A DNA stretch of 64,000 bases from Elsinoe ampelina (lineage: Eukaryota): NCBI GenBank assembly GCA_010093995.1, contig ML992502.1, forward strand, positions 444,760-508,759, in the 5' to 3' direction. The notes under the pieces are model-generated. The model did no database searches, had not been told where the DNA came from, and saw nothing but the letters and a program-made list of their open reading frames with translations. The translations under genes were made by a program, and so were the position numbers. Below are positions 1 to 12,600 of the stretch, one piece after another. Position 1 is the first letter of the stretch, and each line of letters begins with the position of its first letter.

Positions 1-393
1 GACAGATGGCAGGTCAAGCTCACGTCGTTCCTCCTCTTGACCCTTGGGACACTCCTCCTCATGTGTGCGTTTCCAAATCGCTGTAAGAATCATCTGCCAT
101 GTCTTTCAACCATGCCATACCATGACGCTAACATCGCACCCAGACCGTCTCAAACCCAACCAGCCAGCACATGCGCGTCCGGGACAGCTTTTGCACGAAA
201 TACCACAAGTCAGGCAGTTTAAGGATGGCACAGATTAGCTTTTGAGAAATTGATTTTTTCCCATCACACTTCTTTTGCCAATCGAGGGTTCTTAATCCCG
301 AGCTTGTTAACTTTGTGGTCATGACTCCTCTCCCTGAGATGTCGCATTATCAGAAATCCCATCTGATGTCTTGGTCAACACTCCTCCTCCATC

Positions 394-756
394 ATGGCAG
401 ACGCAGCACGCATGGCAGACCCAACACGAGATACCGAAGTGGAGTGGGCCGAAGAACTCTACCAGGCCATGCTACCGGTTCCGAACATTCTTCGGCTTCT
501 CGACGATCCATTCGAATTCGTCCGATGGTATGTCTTACGTGCGGCGCCGTGGATCAGACACGTCGGCGTGGTGAGGAGGGTCAGCCTGTTCGTGGTCTAC
601 GATTCAATACTGGCGCTATGTCTGGCTTGGTTGTTCAACAATTTCTTCTTGATGGCGCCGCAACATCTGAAGCCCACCTGGACAGTCAACACGTGGGAGC
701 CAACCATGGTGCAAAGTAGCTGCCAGACGCTGCAGGCCACAGTGCGGCTATGTTGA
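394..756 (+). CDS. Possible small hypothetical protein (120 aa) in the non-RIPped flank
   Basis: ATG-initiated ORF in GC-balanced sequence with one hydrophobic stretch (VSLFVVYDSILALCLAWLFNNFFLM). No recognisable family, and overlapping ORFs of similar size exist, so it may be spurious. Confidence 0.25.
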   Translation: MADAARMADPTRDTEVEWAEELYQAMLPVPNILRLLDDPFEFVRWYVLRAAPWIRHVGVVRRVSLFVVYDSILALCLAWLFNNFFLMAPQHLKPTWTVNTWEPTMVQSSCQTLQATVRLC

Positions 757-1390
757 GATCGGTGGAAGATTAGGGGGCCGATGTGGAGAAAGAGAAGGAG
801 GAAAGAGGTGATCGCATGAGAAGGAGGAGGTGGTGGTCGTAATGAATCACAAAGGCGGGCTGCAGTCGCCGGGGAGGGCTATGGAGAGAATGGCGAGCAG
901 GAGGGAACTAAGGCGTGGTTAAGGAGGTTAATGGCGGTGAAGGGGCGTCACTTGCCAGTACACTGACGATGTGGCTCGACTTACTGGTGGTACTATAGAG
1001 GGCTGGCAGATTATTAAGATCACGTTGAGCACTACGAATGTACTTAGCGATAGTTAAGACGTGATCGAGAAAGGCGTCGGACTATTATAACTAGCAAATC
1101 GGATCGAGAGACGTATAATTCATTTAGTGAGTTATAATAATCGATTATCTACTATACGTATACTAACTTATTAGTACTAATTCTTTAGTACTAGAAAAGC
1201 TATACTAGTCTTTTATTATAATACTCTCTCTCTAGTATAGATTATTAAATCTAAAGAACTACTCTATTATATATAAGTAAAGTAATTAGGTATTATAAAC
1301 TATCTAAATATAGTCTACGCTATTAGTCTAAGCTAAGCTAAGAATAAGGTAGTTCTACTTCTATAGTAGTATAGTACTAAGGTAAGAGTT

Positions 1391-1547
1391 TATAAGAGTA
1401 TAATATTAGAGTAGTACTTAGTAGTAGCTAGTCCTACTTATATAATATACTAGAATATCCTATATAGCACTTATACTATAGACTTAATAGTAATTAGTTC
1501 TACTACTAATAGACTATTTAGTTAAATAGGTATTCTCTATATTATAA
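1391..1547 (+). repeat. Family A 5' LTR (3' end approximate)
   Basis: Matches 32928-33081 apart from transitions. Confidence 0.8.
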
Positions 1548-3358
1548 TATATATAGCTTTAATATAAGGCTTTAATAGTTCTAATTACTCTCCTATAATT
1601 ATAATCTATTAGACTCTATAGATAACTAGAACTCTATTAGTAAGGCACTAGTGCCTTATATTATTAATGTTACTAAGATAGACTCTATTAAGTAGACTTC
1701 TTAGAAGAAAGAAAAGACTCTTAAGAAGTAGCTACTATACCTATATACTAAGCGTAAGTACTTAGAGCTAGAACTTAAGGCCTAGAGCCTTAAGGAAGAG
1801 ATTAAGTAAATATATTATATATATAATATAGAATATACTCTAGTAGGTTTTAATTATAGCTTATATACCTCTATAGAGTATATAGTAAGTAACACTAGTA
1901 TATAGAGTATATATAGTAGTAGTAGACTATTTATAAGGCTATCCTCTAGATAGCTATAACTAAGAGAACTATACCTCTATTAGAGTAAGACCTTAAAGGA
2001 AGTAAGATTCTTCCTAAAGAATCTTAAGGTTATCTTTATACTAGCCTTAGCTCTCTAAGGCTTACTCTACTAACTAGTAGAAGGTACTTTATAGAGTTAT
2101 ATTCCTTATAGGTAAGCCTAAATTAGGCATAAAGAACTAAAGAATTAAAGAAGAAGCTATTATAACTATAGTTCCCGCGTATACTATAATTAGTGTAACT
2201 ATTAAGGCAGAGTTAGCCCCTTTAGGTTTAGTACTACACCGGGGTTTAGGTCGGCCTCTAGCTAGCGTAGTACTACTAAGGGCTTAGTAGTACTAGCACT
2301 AGCTCTGCACTATAGCTATAATAGCACTATACTAGCACTAGGTATAGGTCGGGTTATATATATTCTAGACGTAGTATAGTACTAGGTTAGGTCGGTAGAT
2401 AAGTAGTATAGTGCTATTAAGTCCTTAGTGCACCCTTACTAGTACTATACTAGGGTTACTATTCTTATAGTAAATTCTTATAGTAACTACTATATCCTAT
2501 AACTCTTATTACTTTTCCGCTCTAAATACTTAAAGTTATAGTAGGTAAAGGATACTAGAGAGAAGCAAAAGTTATTAATTATTAACCCTTATATATAATT
2601 ACGATCTAATAGTGATTTATAGAAGATTAACCTAATTAACATTATCTATATAACTCCTATAAGCCTATTATATATACTTAGCTAGTAAGCTATACACTAC
2701 CTAGAACTAATACCTTATTATCTTATTATCTACTTTATCTAGAGGACATTCTATCCTTAGCAAGTTTACCCTTATATAAATTATAACTCTTAACTAGTAA
2801 ACCGGAGTACTAAAGCTATTAGGTAGAGTCTAAGACTAGAATAATTAGTTCTAGGTAGTTTAGCCTTCCTACTAACTTATAGTATAGTTATAGATTGCCT
2901 TAATACTATTAGATTGCTAGTTAATAGTAAGTATAAGGCTATCTAGGGCCTTAATCTCTACCTAAAGGTTGTTAATAAATTTATAGTAAGTAATATTAGC
3001 CTAATAAATAATAGAGAGGTAAGTAGTAGATATAGTAGTAGATTTGCTTAAATTCTAGTAACTATTAGTATAAGTTATACTATAGCGACGTAAAGGCATA
3101 CTAGATAGTTATTTAAATATTCCTAAGGAGAGAAAGAAGTAACTTAGCTAATAATCTACTTATATCCCTTAGTATAACAATAGCTATTGTTCGATAATAG
3201 CTATTATTAGTATTGTTATTTTTTTATAATAGACAATAGCTATTATCTATATTGTTGTTCTTATAATAGATAACGCTAGATATATATATCTTTTAGTTGC
3301 TATTTCTTCTTCTTCCTCTTAAACCTCTCTTTCTTGTCGTTTAATACCTCCTTCTATA

Positions 3359-3846
3359 ATGCCTCCTTCTTATACTTAACTCTACTTCGACCTAGTAGAT
3401 CTAATCCCCTTTTAGTCTTATAAGATAACTCCTAGCAACTACGCTAGGCCCTTATACCTACGTTAGTATAAAGCCTATATCTGCTATATAACTCTTATAT
3501 ATCTTAACTTTAACAACAACTACGAAATTTAAGCTAAATACATCTATAATAACTATAGAGGTTTAGTACTTTGCTATAAAGCCTACTATACTTATAATAC
3601 TCCTTGTAACTTTATAGGTGTTTCTAATCTAATCTTTCTCTATAATCTAACGAATATTAGTATAGTATCTTATAGACTAATAACATCTTTAACCTAATCG
3701 ACATATAGTGTACTATTAATTGTCTTATTCTTAGTAGAAGAGTAGATCTACTCTTGCTCTTTGCTATACGCTATAATATTAAACGTAAGTAAGAGAAGTT
3801 AGATTACATTAACAATAGCAATAATAGTATTTCTTCTAATAACTAA
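3359..3846 (+). pseudogene. hAT-1 cargo: small spliced Cys6 (Zn-cluster-like) protein relic
   Basis: ATG at 3359 (MPPS...). De-RIP pattern CKAC-x20-C-x11-CKAC-x6-C, then an intron, then TNNIFDLIDMQ. Clear nucleotide homology to the reverse complement of 18300-18784. Confidence 0.65.
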
Positions 3847-4559
3847 TCTAATTAAGGTAGCGTAGTTAAAGCGTTAGTAGGCCGATAGCTTTAGATAGTT
3901 ATTAATAATATAGACTTATACTTTATAAAGACTTAATTACGTTACCTCTTCCCGTAAGTGACTAAAATTAACTATAATAACAGCGCATATAAGCTCTTAA
4001 AGTAGGAGTGTTTATATTACCTCTAGCTATACTAGTAGTTACATTACTACTCTAGGTAGTACTATTAGTACTAGCGGTAGAAGCATCTCCCTCGTTATTC
4101 TCTTTACTATTAGTGTTATTCTAGAAAGTAACCTAACTATTATCGGGCTTAAACCTAGCAAGGAAGTTAGGAGTATAATAAGGTAGATATTAGTAATAGC
4201 GTAGAGAGTAGCATTAGTAATAAGTTAGCTAAGGTTGTAGGTGCTATAGTAGGGGTAGTTATTAAGGTTAATAATAAGGAAAGTAGCGCGGAGATTAGTT
4301 ATAGCTTTAGCCTTTATATTATAGTTAATCTATATAATTTCCTTATTAACGTTTTTATAAGTAGATCTAGTATAACTAATATAGATACAAATATAGTTAT
4401 ATTAAAGATACTAGCGAGCAAGAGAATAAGCTTCCTTAGGGCAGCTAACGAAGGGAGACTATTAGTATTAGTAAGTAGAATTATATATAGTAACAAGAAA
4501 GGTACGCGTAGAAGTGCTTTAGAGTAGGTATTAGTATAGATACTATAAGAGCGTTATTA

Positions 4560-7050
4560 CTCGGAGGCTATTAACTAGATACGCTTAGAATACTAGCCTC
4601 TAACCTTAGTAACGTTATATAGTAGATCTTTATCCTTATTATGCCCTTCTTCCTTGTTAACCTCTTTATTACTTAAACTACAAGTAGTAATATCTCTAAA
4701 GTTGTTACTTATACTATCTATCCTACTATTAGTATTATTGTTAGCGGTAGTAAAATTGTCTATCTTAGCTAATTAGATGTTTTAAAGATTGTTTTCTACT
4801 AGCTTAGAGACTATAATTTGTTAGATTGTCTACGAAAGTAGTTTATACCTTCGATCGCTAATAATATTCTTTACTATATTAAAAACATATTTAACACCTA
4901 CGCTAGTAATTAGTATTATAAGAATATTATAAGTAATATAAGCTAGTCGTAGAAATAAGTACTTATTTTCTTTCTACTAAGAAAGAATATTAAATTTTAA
5001 TATTTCTTATATAGGTAGAGTCCTAAGGTAATTCTCCCTTTCTATTCTTATTATATAGACGTTACTCTACCCTTATAAAAGTGTATTATCTTAGCTAGAT
5101 ACTAGAGGTGTAAAGCTACTCCTTATGTTTAATAAGGAAGGCTTCTTAAACTAGTAAGTAATAGACGAGGCTAGTAGAGGAGGCAGAAGAGTAGTTTAAG
5201 GAAGGTAGTTATTATTATAGTAATCGAGGTAGTCGAGGAACTATTTATAGTAAAGCGATTTAAAATATAGTTCCTACGAAGTATACTTATATATACTAAG
5301 TTTCTAAGTTAGATCTAAGATTATGCTATAATTAAATAGGAAACCTTAACCTTTACTTATTTACTTATAATACTTAGAAAGCTTAGTATAACTAGCTTTC
5401 GCTACATTTTATATAACTAATAGCTAGTCTAAGTTATTATTCTTTTCCTAAGTAGACTTAACTATATTAAGGAAGTTAAAAAGAGTATTATATATAAGCT
5501 ATATATATTATACTAATAGCGTATAAGACTAACTTAGCTAGTTAGTTATATCCTTAAAATTCTCTAGTATTTAGATAACAATCTTTAGATATATTATATA
5601 CCTATTTAGCATAGCCGAGGCAAAGGCGTTTTATATCTACGCGATTAACAGATGCTATATCTTAATTAGCTAGCGCTTTATTAGTTTAGGGCTTATATAT
5701 AATTATAATCTCTATGTTAAGCTATTTATTAATAATTAGTTAAAGTTTAATAGCTCGCTTATACATATTATACGTCGAGTTCTAATAGGTATAAATGTCC
5801 TAAACGACTAAGAGTTATTTACGAGGAGGTAGATATACTTAAAGAGATTTAAAGTGTTAGTAGCGTTAAGGGAATTAGTTAATTATAATACAAATTGTAT
5901 AGAGCTTTAAAATTAGTTAAAAAACTATAAGAAAGAACTATAAGAAATATAACTTACTTTATAGAGGGAATTTAGAACTAATAGAGTTATTTAGATATTA
6001 TAGAGATACTACTTCTTAAGCTTATTAGCTTTCTTATTATCCTTAGTAGTTTCTAGCTATAGGGCTTAAATAATATCTTATATAATAAGATTAATTACGT
6101 AGGCTAGATATAGAATTATATTCTTAATAGAGGACTAGTATATACTTTTCTTCTTAAGACCTTATTATACTTTAGATTATAGAGTGTTATTATTACTTAT
6201 ATTGTCCGCTATAATAGTAAGAAGATATATGTTAATCTTTTTTTCATTTAGAACTCTTAGTAGTTCTATACTAAGTATAACTCTAGTATACTATCCGCTA
6301 ATTAGTATAAAATCTAGTAGGCACTTATATACTTACTAGTTGTCGTTAATATAGTATACCTTTATAGCTATAAAACTTAGATAGTTATTTATAGACTAGC
6401 TATCTAGCGCAATTAAAACTTTTGTCTAACTACTAAGATTAGTAAGAAGATTAGACTAAATGTCCTTATAGTGCTCTTTTAATAGCCTTAAGGCCTACAT
6501 CCGACCTAGAATATTAGTATATAGCTAGAAGAAATATATAAATTAGAGAAAGAAGGAATTATTAACTATTCGGAATAACTAATTATAATTAATAAGGACC
6601 TTAATAAGCTCTTTTTTAAATTGTTCTAGGGAGAATTATAGTATATAGGATATAGTACTAGTAGCGTTTGCTTTTAATTACGTTAGAGCTATCTAAGCTA
6701 CTAATTATTTATAGCTAGGAGATTTTATATTCTAGTAGCTTTAGTATCTAAGATGTTTTATTAGGTGTTTATTACTAATTAAGTTCGTTGTTAGGTATTA
6801 TAAAGCTCTACTATAGCGGAGACAATATATAAGAGGTATTCTATTAGCAAGCTTAGTACCTTTATTAAAGTTAGCCTAAATAACTCTACGGCGGGTTATA
6901 GAATTCTAGTTTAGTAGGTTTCGTATTCTACTAACTCTTAATTTACTACCTATTAATGTTATAGGCTACTATGTTTTCTAGGCTTATATAGCTAGCTATT
7001 CTTTAAGTAGTATATCTAGTTAGTAAGGTAGATAGCTAACAATTTTAATA
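4560..7050 (-). pseudogene. hAT transposase relic (hAT-1)
   Basis: Minus-strand de-RIP motifs: BED finger ~6720-6830, IALDGWS ~6400, ITADNASNN ~6200, CLAHVINLI ~6100, TRWNSTY ~5780, and dimerisation domain ILSWWKENEHLFPRLARIARDIL..PITSVGVERVFN ~4990-4880. Ends approximate. Confidence 0.93.
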
Positions 7051-7339
7051 GTTTTATAGAATTAAGTAGAGGATAGATTATTCTAGTAATTAATATAGAA
7101 CTCTTTAAGCTTATAGAGGAGAGGTAGTAGTAGCGTAACAACTTCTAAGAGTATCTATAGTTAAGGATCGACTAAGTCTTTATTAAATACTAACATTTTA
7201 AGAGTAGAGATATAGAATATTACTAGCTATATAACAAGGAGTAGAAGACTATAAGAATGCTCTATAAAAATCTATTAGCTACTCTTAATTTATAGATTAA
7301 AAAAATTTTAATAGTATAGAACTAGAAAGCTACTAAAAC

Positions 7340-8642
7340 TATAGTCTAATTTTCCTAACTTAAGGTTTATTTTCTTATTCTTATCTATATTATCTTTACC
7401 CTTACTCTCCTTATTATTATTATTACCCTTATCTATTACCTTATTATTATCTTTATCCTAATTTTCTTTATTAGAATTATTAAAGTCTCTAGTAGTAACT
7501 ACCTTATAGTATATTTTAGCTACTTTCTTAGTCTTATACTTATTAAGTTCCTTATTAAGAAGGTCCTTAATCTTAGAGTTATTCTTAACTTTTTCTTTAA
7601 CCTTATTATTACTATACTTAATATAGTAATTGTTAGATTTAAGTAAAATATTATTATTCTTATACTTAAATTCTAGTTTAGGGGTAGGTTTATATTTGCT
7701 TTAATAGATTAGTATATAACTATAAGAAACAACTATAAGAAATAATATATACCTAATTATCTGCCTATACTACTTAGAGTTTAGTAGGTGTTATATTCTT
7801 AATAAACTTCTTAAACTTAGCTTAGTTACTATCGTTATAGTTACTAGTATTATATAGCAAGTTAATACTATTATAGTAGATCTTATAGATCTATTTCTTA
7901 AGAATTCTGCTAGTGCCGAGAAGATATTTTACTTAGCAATTTAGAAATATATTTATCTCGTTATAGAGCGCCTTCTTTATATAATTAGTAAGGAGTTACT
8001 TATAGTAAAGAAGAGTATTAGCTTTATAGATACTACTCTATTTTTAGTAGATAGATATAAACTTGTCCTTTAACTATTCCTCTATATAGAATTAGTAGAT
8101 ATACCGTAAGAATATGCTATAAGAAATATACTACTCTACTAGGTATAATAGTAAGTCTCTACTATCTTCTTATATACTATATCGAAGGTAGCTTCTTTCT
8201 TCTTATTAGATATTACTTAGAATTTCTTAAAGTTCTTAAGTTTTACCTTAAGTATATATTTTATAGAGTAATTAGTATTACTAGTAGTAGTAAGAGCTTT
8301 CTCCTCTATACTAGCTTATATAGTATAATCTCTTTACTAAATAGCTTACTAGGTATTACTAAGCTATACTTTCTACTATAGAATTCTAAGGGGGTAGCTA
8401 TAGTAAGGAGTTCTAGTATTCTAAGAGTAATTTTTAATCTAGTATTTAATCTTATCGGCCTCGGAATTAAAACTCTATAGTCTAGTTAGTATTTAACTAT
8501 AAGAAGTATCTATAAGAATTACTCCTATTATAGTAAGGATTACTTCCTCTTCCTTAGTTATTTCTTTAGTCTTAATTACTAAAGTATTAGTTATCTTTTT
8601 CTCTTTACTAAAGGTTTACTAATCTATAGGATTAGTAGATAT
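7340..8642 (-). pseudogene. hAT-1 cargo: unknown spliced gene 'X' with acidic C-terminal tail
   Basis: Reconstructed start at 8642, TATA-like run ~8763, intron ~7700-7752, D/E-rich tail after de-RIP. Shares blocks KIEYWI and GILEK..KI with 19075-20372. Confidence 0.6.
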
Positions 8643-9018
8643 TATAGATCGAGAATTAGTAGTAATTTATAAGAGAAGGTAGAATATTAAGTATAATAGG
8701 AAGTAAGATATAAGATATAAGTTTTATAAGAAGAAGATAAGGAGAAAAGGATTTAGTATTCCTTATATATATAGTAAATAGAGTAGCTAGAAATATAAGT
8801 AATAATAGGTATTAATCCTATTATTGTACTAATGTAAAGTTATTAATATTATTAATATAAAGTTGTTATAGTAGAGAATAACAATACAAAATTTATATTC
8901 TATATACTATTATAAATTCCTTAATAAGGCTTAATATCTTACTCTTAGTATTTTCGCCTTACTCTTCTCTACCTTTATAAACAAATTTTAATAATTAATT
9001 TAATAAATTTATATAGCT

Positions 9019-9603
9019 ATAGCTCGTAAGAAGTAAGTAACACCTCTAAAAAGAGCAAAGCTAAGGAAGTAAGACGCTAAGAAAACTACTACTAAAAAGC
9101 CTACTATAGGTAGTTACGTAACAAAATTTAAACTAGTATTAACTAGACAAATTTACTAGGCGAAGAGCTATAGGTTTAAGCTAGGTAGTTAGTTTCTTAT
9201 AGTAAATTCTTATAGTCTTATATCTAATATAGTATAGCTATTGCCCTCTAAGAGATTCGTTACTACTAGAAGATAACTAAACTTCTTATATATAAGCTTC
9301 TCTTCTCCTACGTTATTTACGACATTACGTAAGATATTAAGTTAACACTTATAAGTAGAAATTTACGCTTTATGCTAGATGCTATTAAGTATCTCTAGGA
9401 AGTAAGTAAGGTAATACTAGTAGGATATTTCGAAAGTATATTAACTATGTATTTAAAATATATAATACCTTATACTAACAACTATAGTAGACTATAATCT
9501 TAATGCTATCTATACTAAGTATTATACTATTATATAGAAAGACTCTTAGCTTACTAGGAAATATTATAACAAGTACTACTTACTTACTTTCTCTAATTAG
9601 TAA
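9019..9603 (+). pseudogene. hAT-1 cargo: histone H3-like gene relic (3 exons)
   Basis: De-RIP reading MARKKQ...HRFKPGT / (V)ALQEIRHYQKTTELL..KLPFSR.....QD...NLRF...LQE....LVGYFE / DCNLNAIHAKR.TIMQKDSQLAR. GT-AG introns at 9188-9237 and 9436-9490. Confidence 0.9.
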
Positions 9604-12600
9604 GACCTCTCCTCTATAATACTATAAGAATAGACTATAAGAAATAGGTAGGTTTATTTTTACATAGACTAGACTATTAAATTTCCTTTCTATAGACTTA
9701 TTATAATACTAAAGTATAGTATAGTAACTATAGTCGCCTTAAAGCCTAACTAAGGCGTAGTACTATAATGTAGTATAATACTAGAATTTAACCCTAGTAC
9801 TAATTTAGTATAGTGCTATTATAGTATAGTATAGCGCTATTATAGTATAGTGCTATTCTTACTTAACTATAGTACGGTGCTAGTACTAGTATAGCTTAGC
9901 GTAGTACTAGTGCTAGTACTAATGTAGTAGAGTATAGAGCTAGTACTATTTAGTTTAGTACTAAGTGCCGACCTACTAAGAATAGCTCTACACTAGTACT
10001 AGGGTCGGCCTTCGGCCGCCCTAACCCCGCCCTAATAGTTACACTAACTATAATAGATCCTCGCTGCTACTATATAGGTTAATACTACGAACTATAAATA
10101 TAAGAAGAAGGTAATAAGTCGAGTTATAGACGACTCTTAAAGGAAGTAGACCGCTAGCTAAAAATTTTAATATTCTCTTTGTTACGCGTTAACTTTTTAT
10201 ACTATTCTATTTATAACTAACTACACTAAGTATAGCTTACTCTAACTATAGCGACGACAACTATTACGTAAGTAAGATCTCTCTACTCTCTACTAACAAC
10301 AATAATAAACCTATTTAGTTATTCTATTATAACCTTATCTGCCTTAATAACTCCGACCTAAAGAAGAGATTATAAGAGTTAGATAGTATAATTACTCTAC
10401 GTAAGGCCTTTACCTTTATTAAGTCTATCTATAATAAATAGGTCACTACGTGTAACTTAGTATATACTAATACTCTCGATCTATATAACTAGTTAGATAA
10501 CGTCCTTATTAAACTAGATATAGCTAATAGTACTACTAATAATCTTACTACCTAGACTACGTACTACCTCGCTAACATTAGTAAACTTGAAACTAAACTA
10601 GCCTAGCTAAGAGCTAAGATAGAACGCGCTATACTAGCCTCTTCTATACGTAGCGTTATATTATTAGAGAAGATACTAGACTCCGCTATCTTCTCTAGTA
10701 GTACCCTAGAATAGTTCGAGGTCTTTAAATATTAGATAAAGAATAAGATATATACTAACGCTAACTACTTCCCTACTAAGGCTACTTAGTTTACTTACCT
10801 ATACTTATGCCTCTCTAGTAAAGTATATACCCTCGTTATAGACACTGCTAGTAATAATACTATTAGCGTTAATAAGACTCTTACTCTTCTAGCCTAACGC
10901 TTTAAGAACTCTAACTATAAGGCTATAGTATATACTTAGTTCGCTAGTCTCTTCTAGCGTAATACCTCCTTTAACTCCTTTATTAGCGAGTTTAATAAGT
11001 ATGCCCTCTACGCTAAGATTACTAAAGACGAATAGCTCTACTAGCTTTAGTAGAAGATATCTAGTAAGCTATATACTACCCTCGTTAACTTCGATACTAA
11101 TAGCCTCTCTACCTTTATTATAAAGGCTTATACTACTAATTATAATATCTAGTAGAGTAACCTTATTACTAAGTGTACCTAGGCTTTATACCCTAGCCTA
11201 GCTATAAGCTACGCTACTACTGCCCCTACTTATGTATCTTATTCTACCTCTATATCTGCTACTCTAGCTACCTTTTACTCTATTACTAGAGGCGCTCTAT
11301 AGCCTTTCTATCTAACTTAGGCACTTACCTGTTACGTATATAGTAAACTCGGCTATATCTCTACTAAGTATATAGCTAGTACTTTAGAGAAGGCTACTTA
11401 CGCTACTATACGCCCTATACGTATTAGTACTATAGAGGAGATATAGTAGCTCTAGAATTACTTAGCCGAGTTAAGTAACTAAGTCGATACTAGTTCGGCT
11501 TATAAACTAGATCTAGTTTAGCCTTAGTTCGACCCCGAAATAGACTATAAACCTACTAGTTCCTCTAGCTAGAGAAACAAGTAGCTAGAGAACAAGTTCT
11601 ATTCTCTAGCGGAATAAGAGTAATTTAAGATAGATCTAGAGATATACGCTTAATAAATAGCGTTATTAGCTACTATATCCCTGCTATTATAACTCCTATT
11701 ACTATTTATAACCTCTATAACTACTTGTACACTATTACACTTTAAGCCTTTATTAATACTAGCGCGCTTATTAGCGCCGTAGTTAATTATAACGTCCTTA
11801 ACAAGCTAAAGAGCTTTAGCTACCCCGTAGTACTAGCTAGTCTTATTTAGCTTTAAGCCTATAATAGTGTTCTAATAGAGTAAGTTACATATAGCGTTCT
11901 CTTTACTACTACTGTTTCTAGTAAGCTAAATAACCTTACTACCTTTTATATTATAGATATTAGCTAATTTAATATTATTCTTAGCCTTAGCTAACTTAAG
12001 ACTAATAGAGCTACTATTAACTACAAGTATAGCTAAGTTATATACAAAGAAGAGTTTTCGCTAATAGTCGTTAAGTAGGAGCTACCGTAGCTAATTAAAA
12101 GGCTAGAATCTAGATCTAAGCCTAGCTTAGATCTAGGAATCTAGCTCGGTAAAGCTGCCGTTTTAGTTTAGAATTAGTTCGGTCCTAGTTTAATATATAA
12201 ACTAGGTTCTAGCTTAGCTACTAAGATAGGGCGAACTAGACTATATTAACTACTAGCTCTTAGGTCGAACTTTAAGCTAAATTAGAGAGAGTTTAAGCTA
12301 ATCTCCTATAGCACTTAGTTAATGTATAAGTTCTTCTACGTACTTGCCTACGTAAGTAACACTAAGTAAGAAGAGCTAACTATTACTTTTATTAGCGCTA
12401 CTACCTTCGTATTAGTAGCTAAATACTAAGAGAATAAGGTGTTTATAATCTTAGTAAAGAATATTAAAGATTACTACTAAATAGCCTCTAAGCTAGAACT
12501 AGACTCTATAGTAGTTCTCTCTAAAGAGCTATACAAATTTACTAACGTCTTCTCTAAGGAGTAATCTAATATACTACCTCTCTATCGGCTAGGATTTAAT

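Larger units (their letters stand above)
2191..10046 (-). mobile_element. hAT DNA transposon hAT-1, complete (7856 bp), with cargo genes
   Basis: About 26-bp TIRs: tagtgtaactattaaggcagagttag and ctaaccccgccctaatagttacacta. Exact 8-bp TSD actataat at 2183-2190 and 10047-10054. Internal hAT transposase relic. Confidence 0.96.

Noticed and set aside
37..719. Other short overlapping ORFs in the GC-normal flank
   Set aside because: Mutually overlapping with no recognisable domain; at most one is likely real.
4314..4496. 60-aa ORF from the ORF track
   Set aside because: I/L-rich chance ORF in RIPped DNA with a non-ATG start and no motif.
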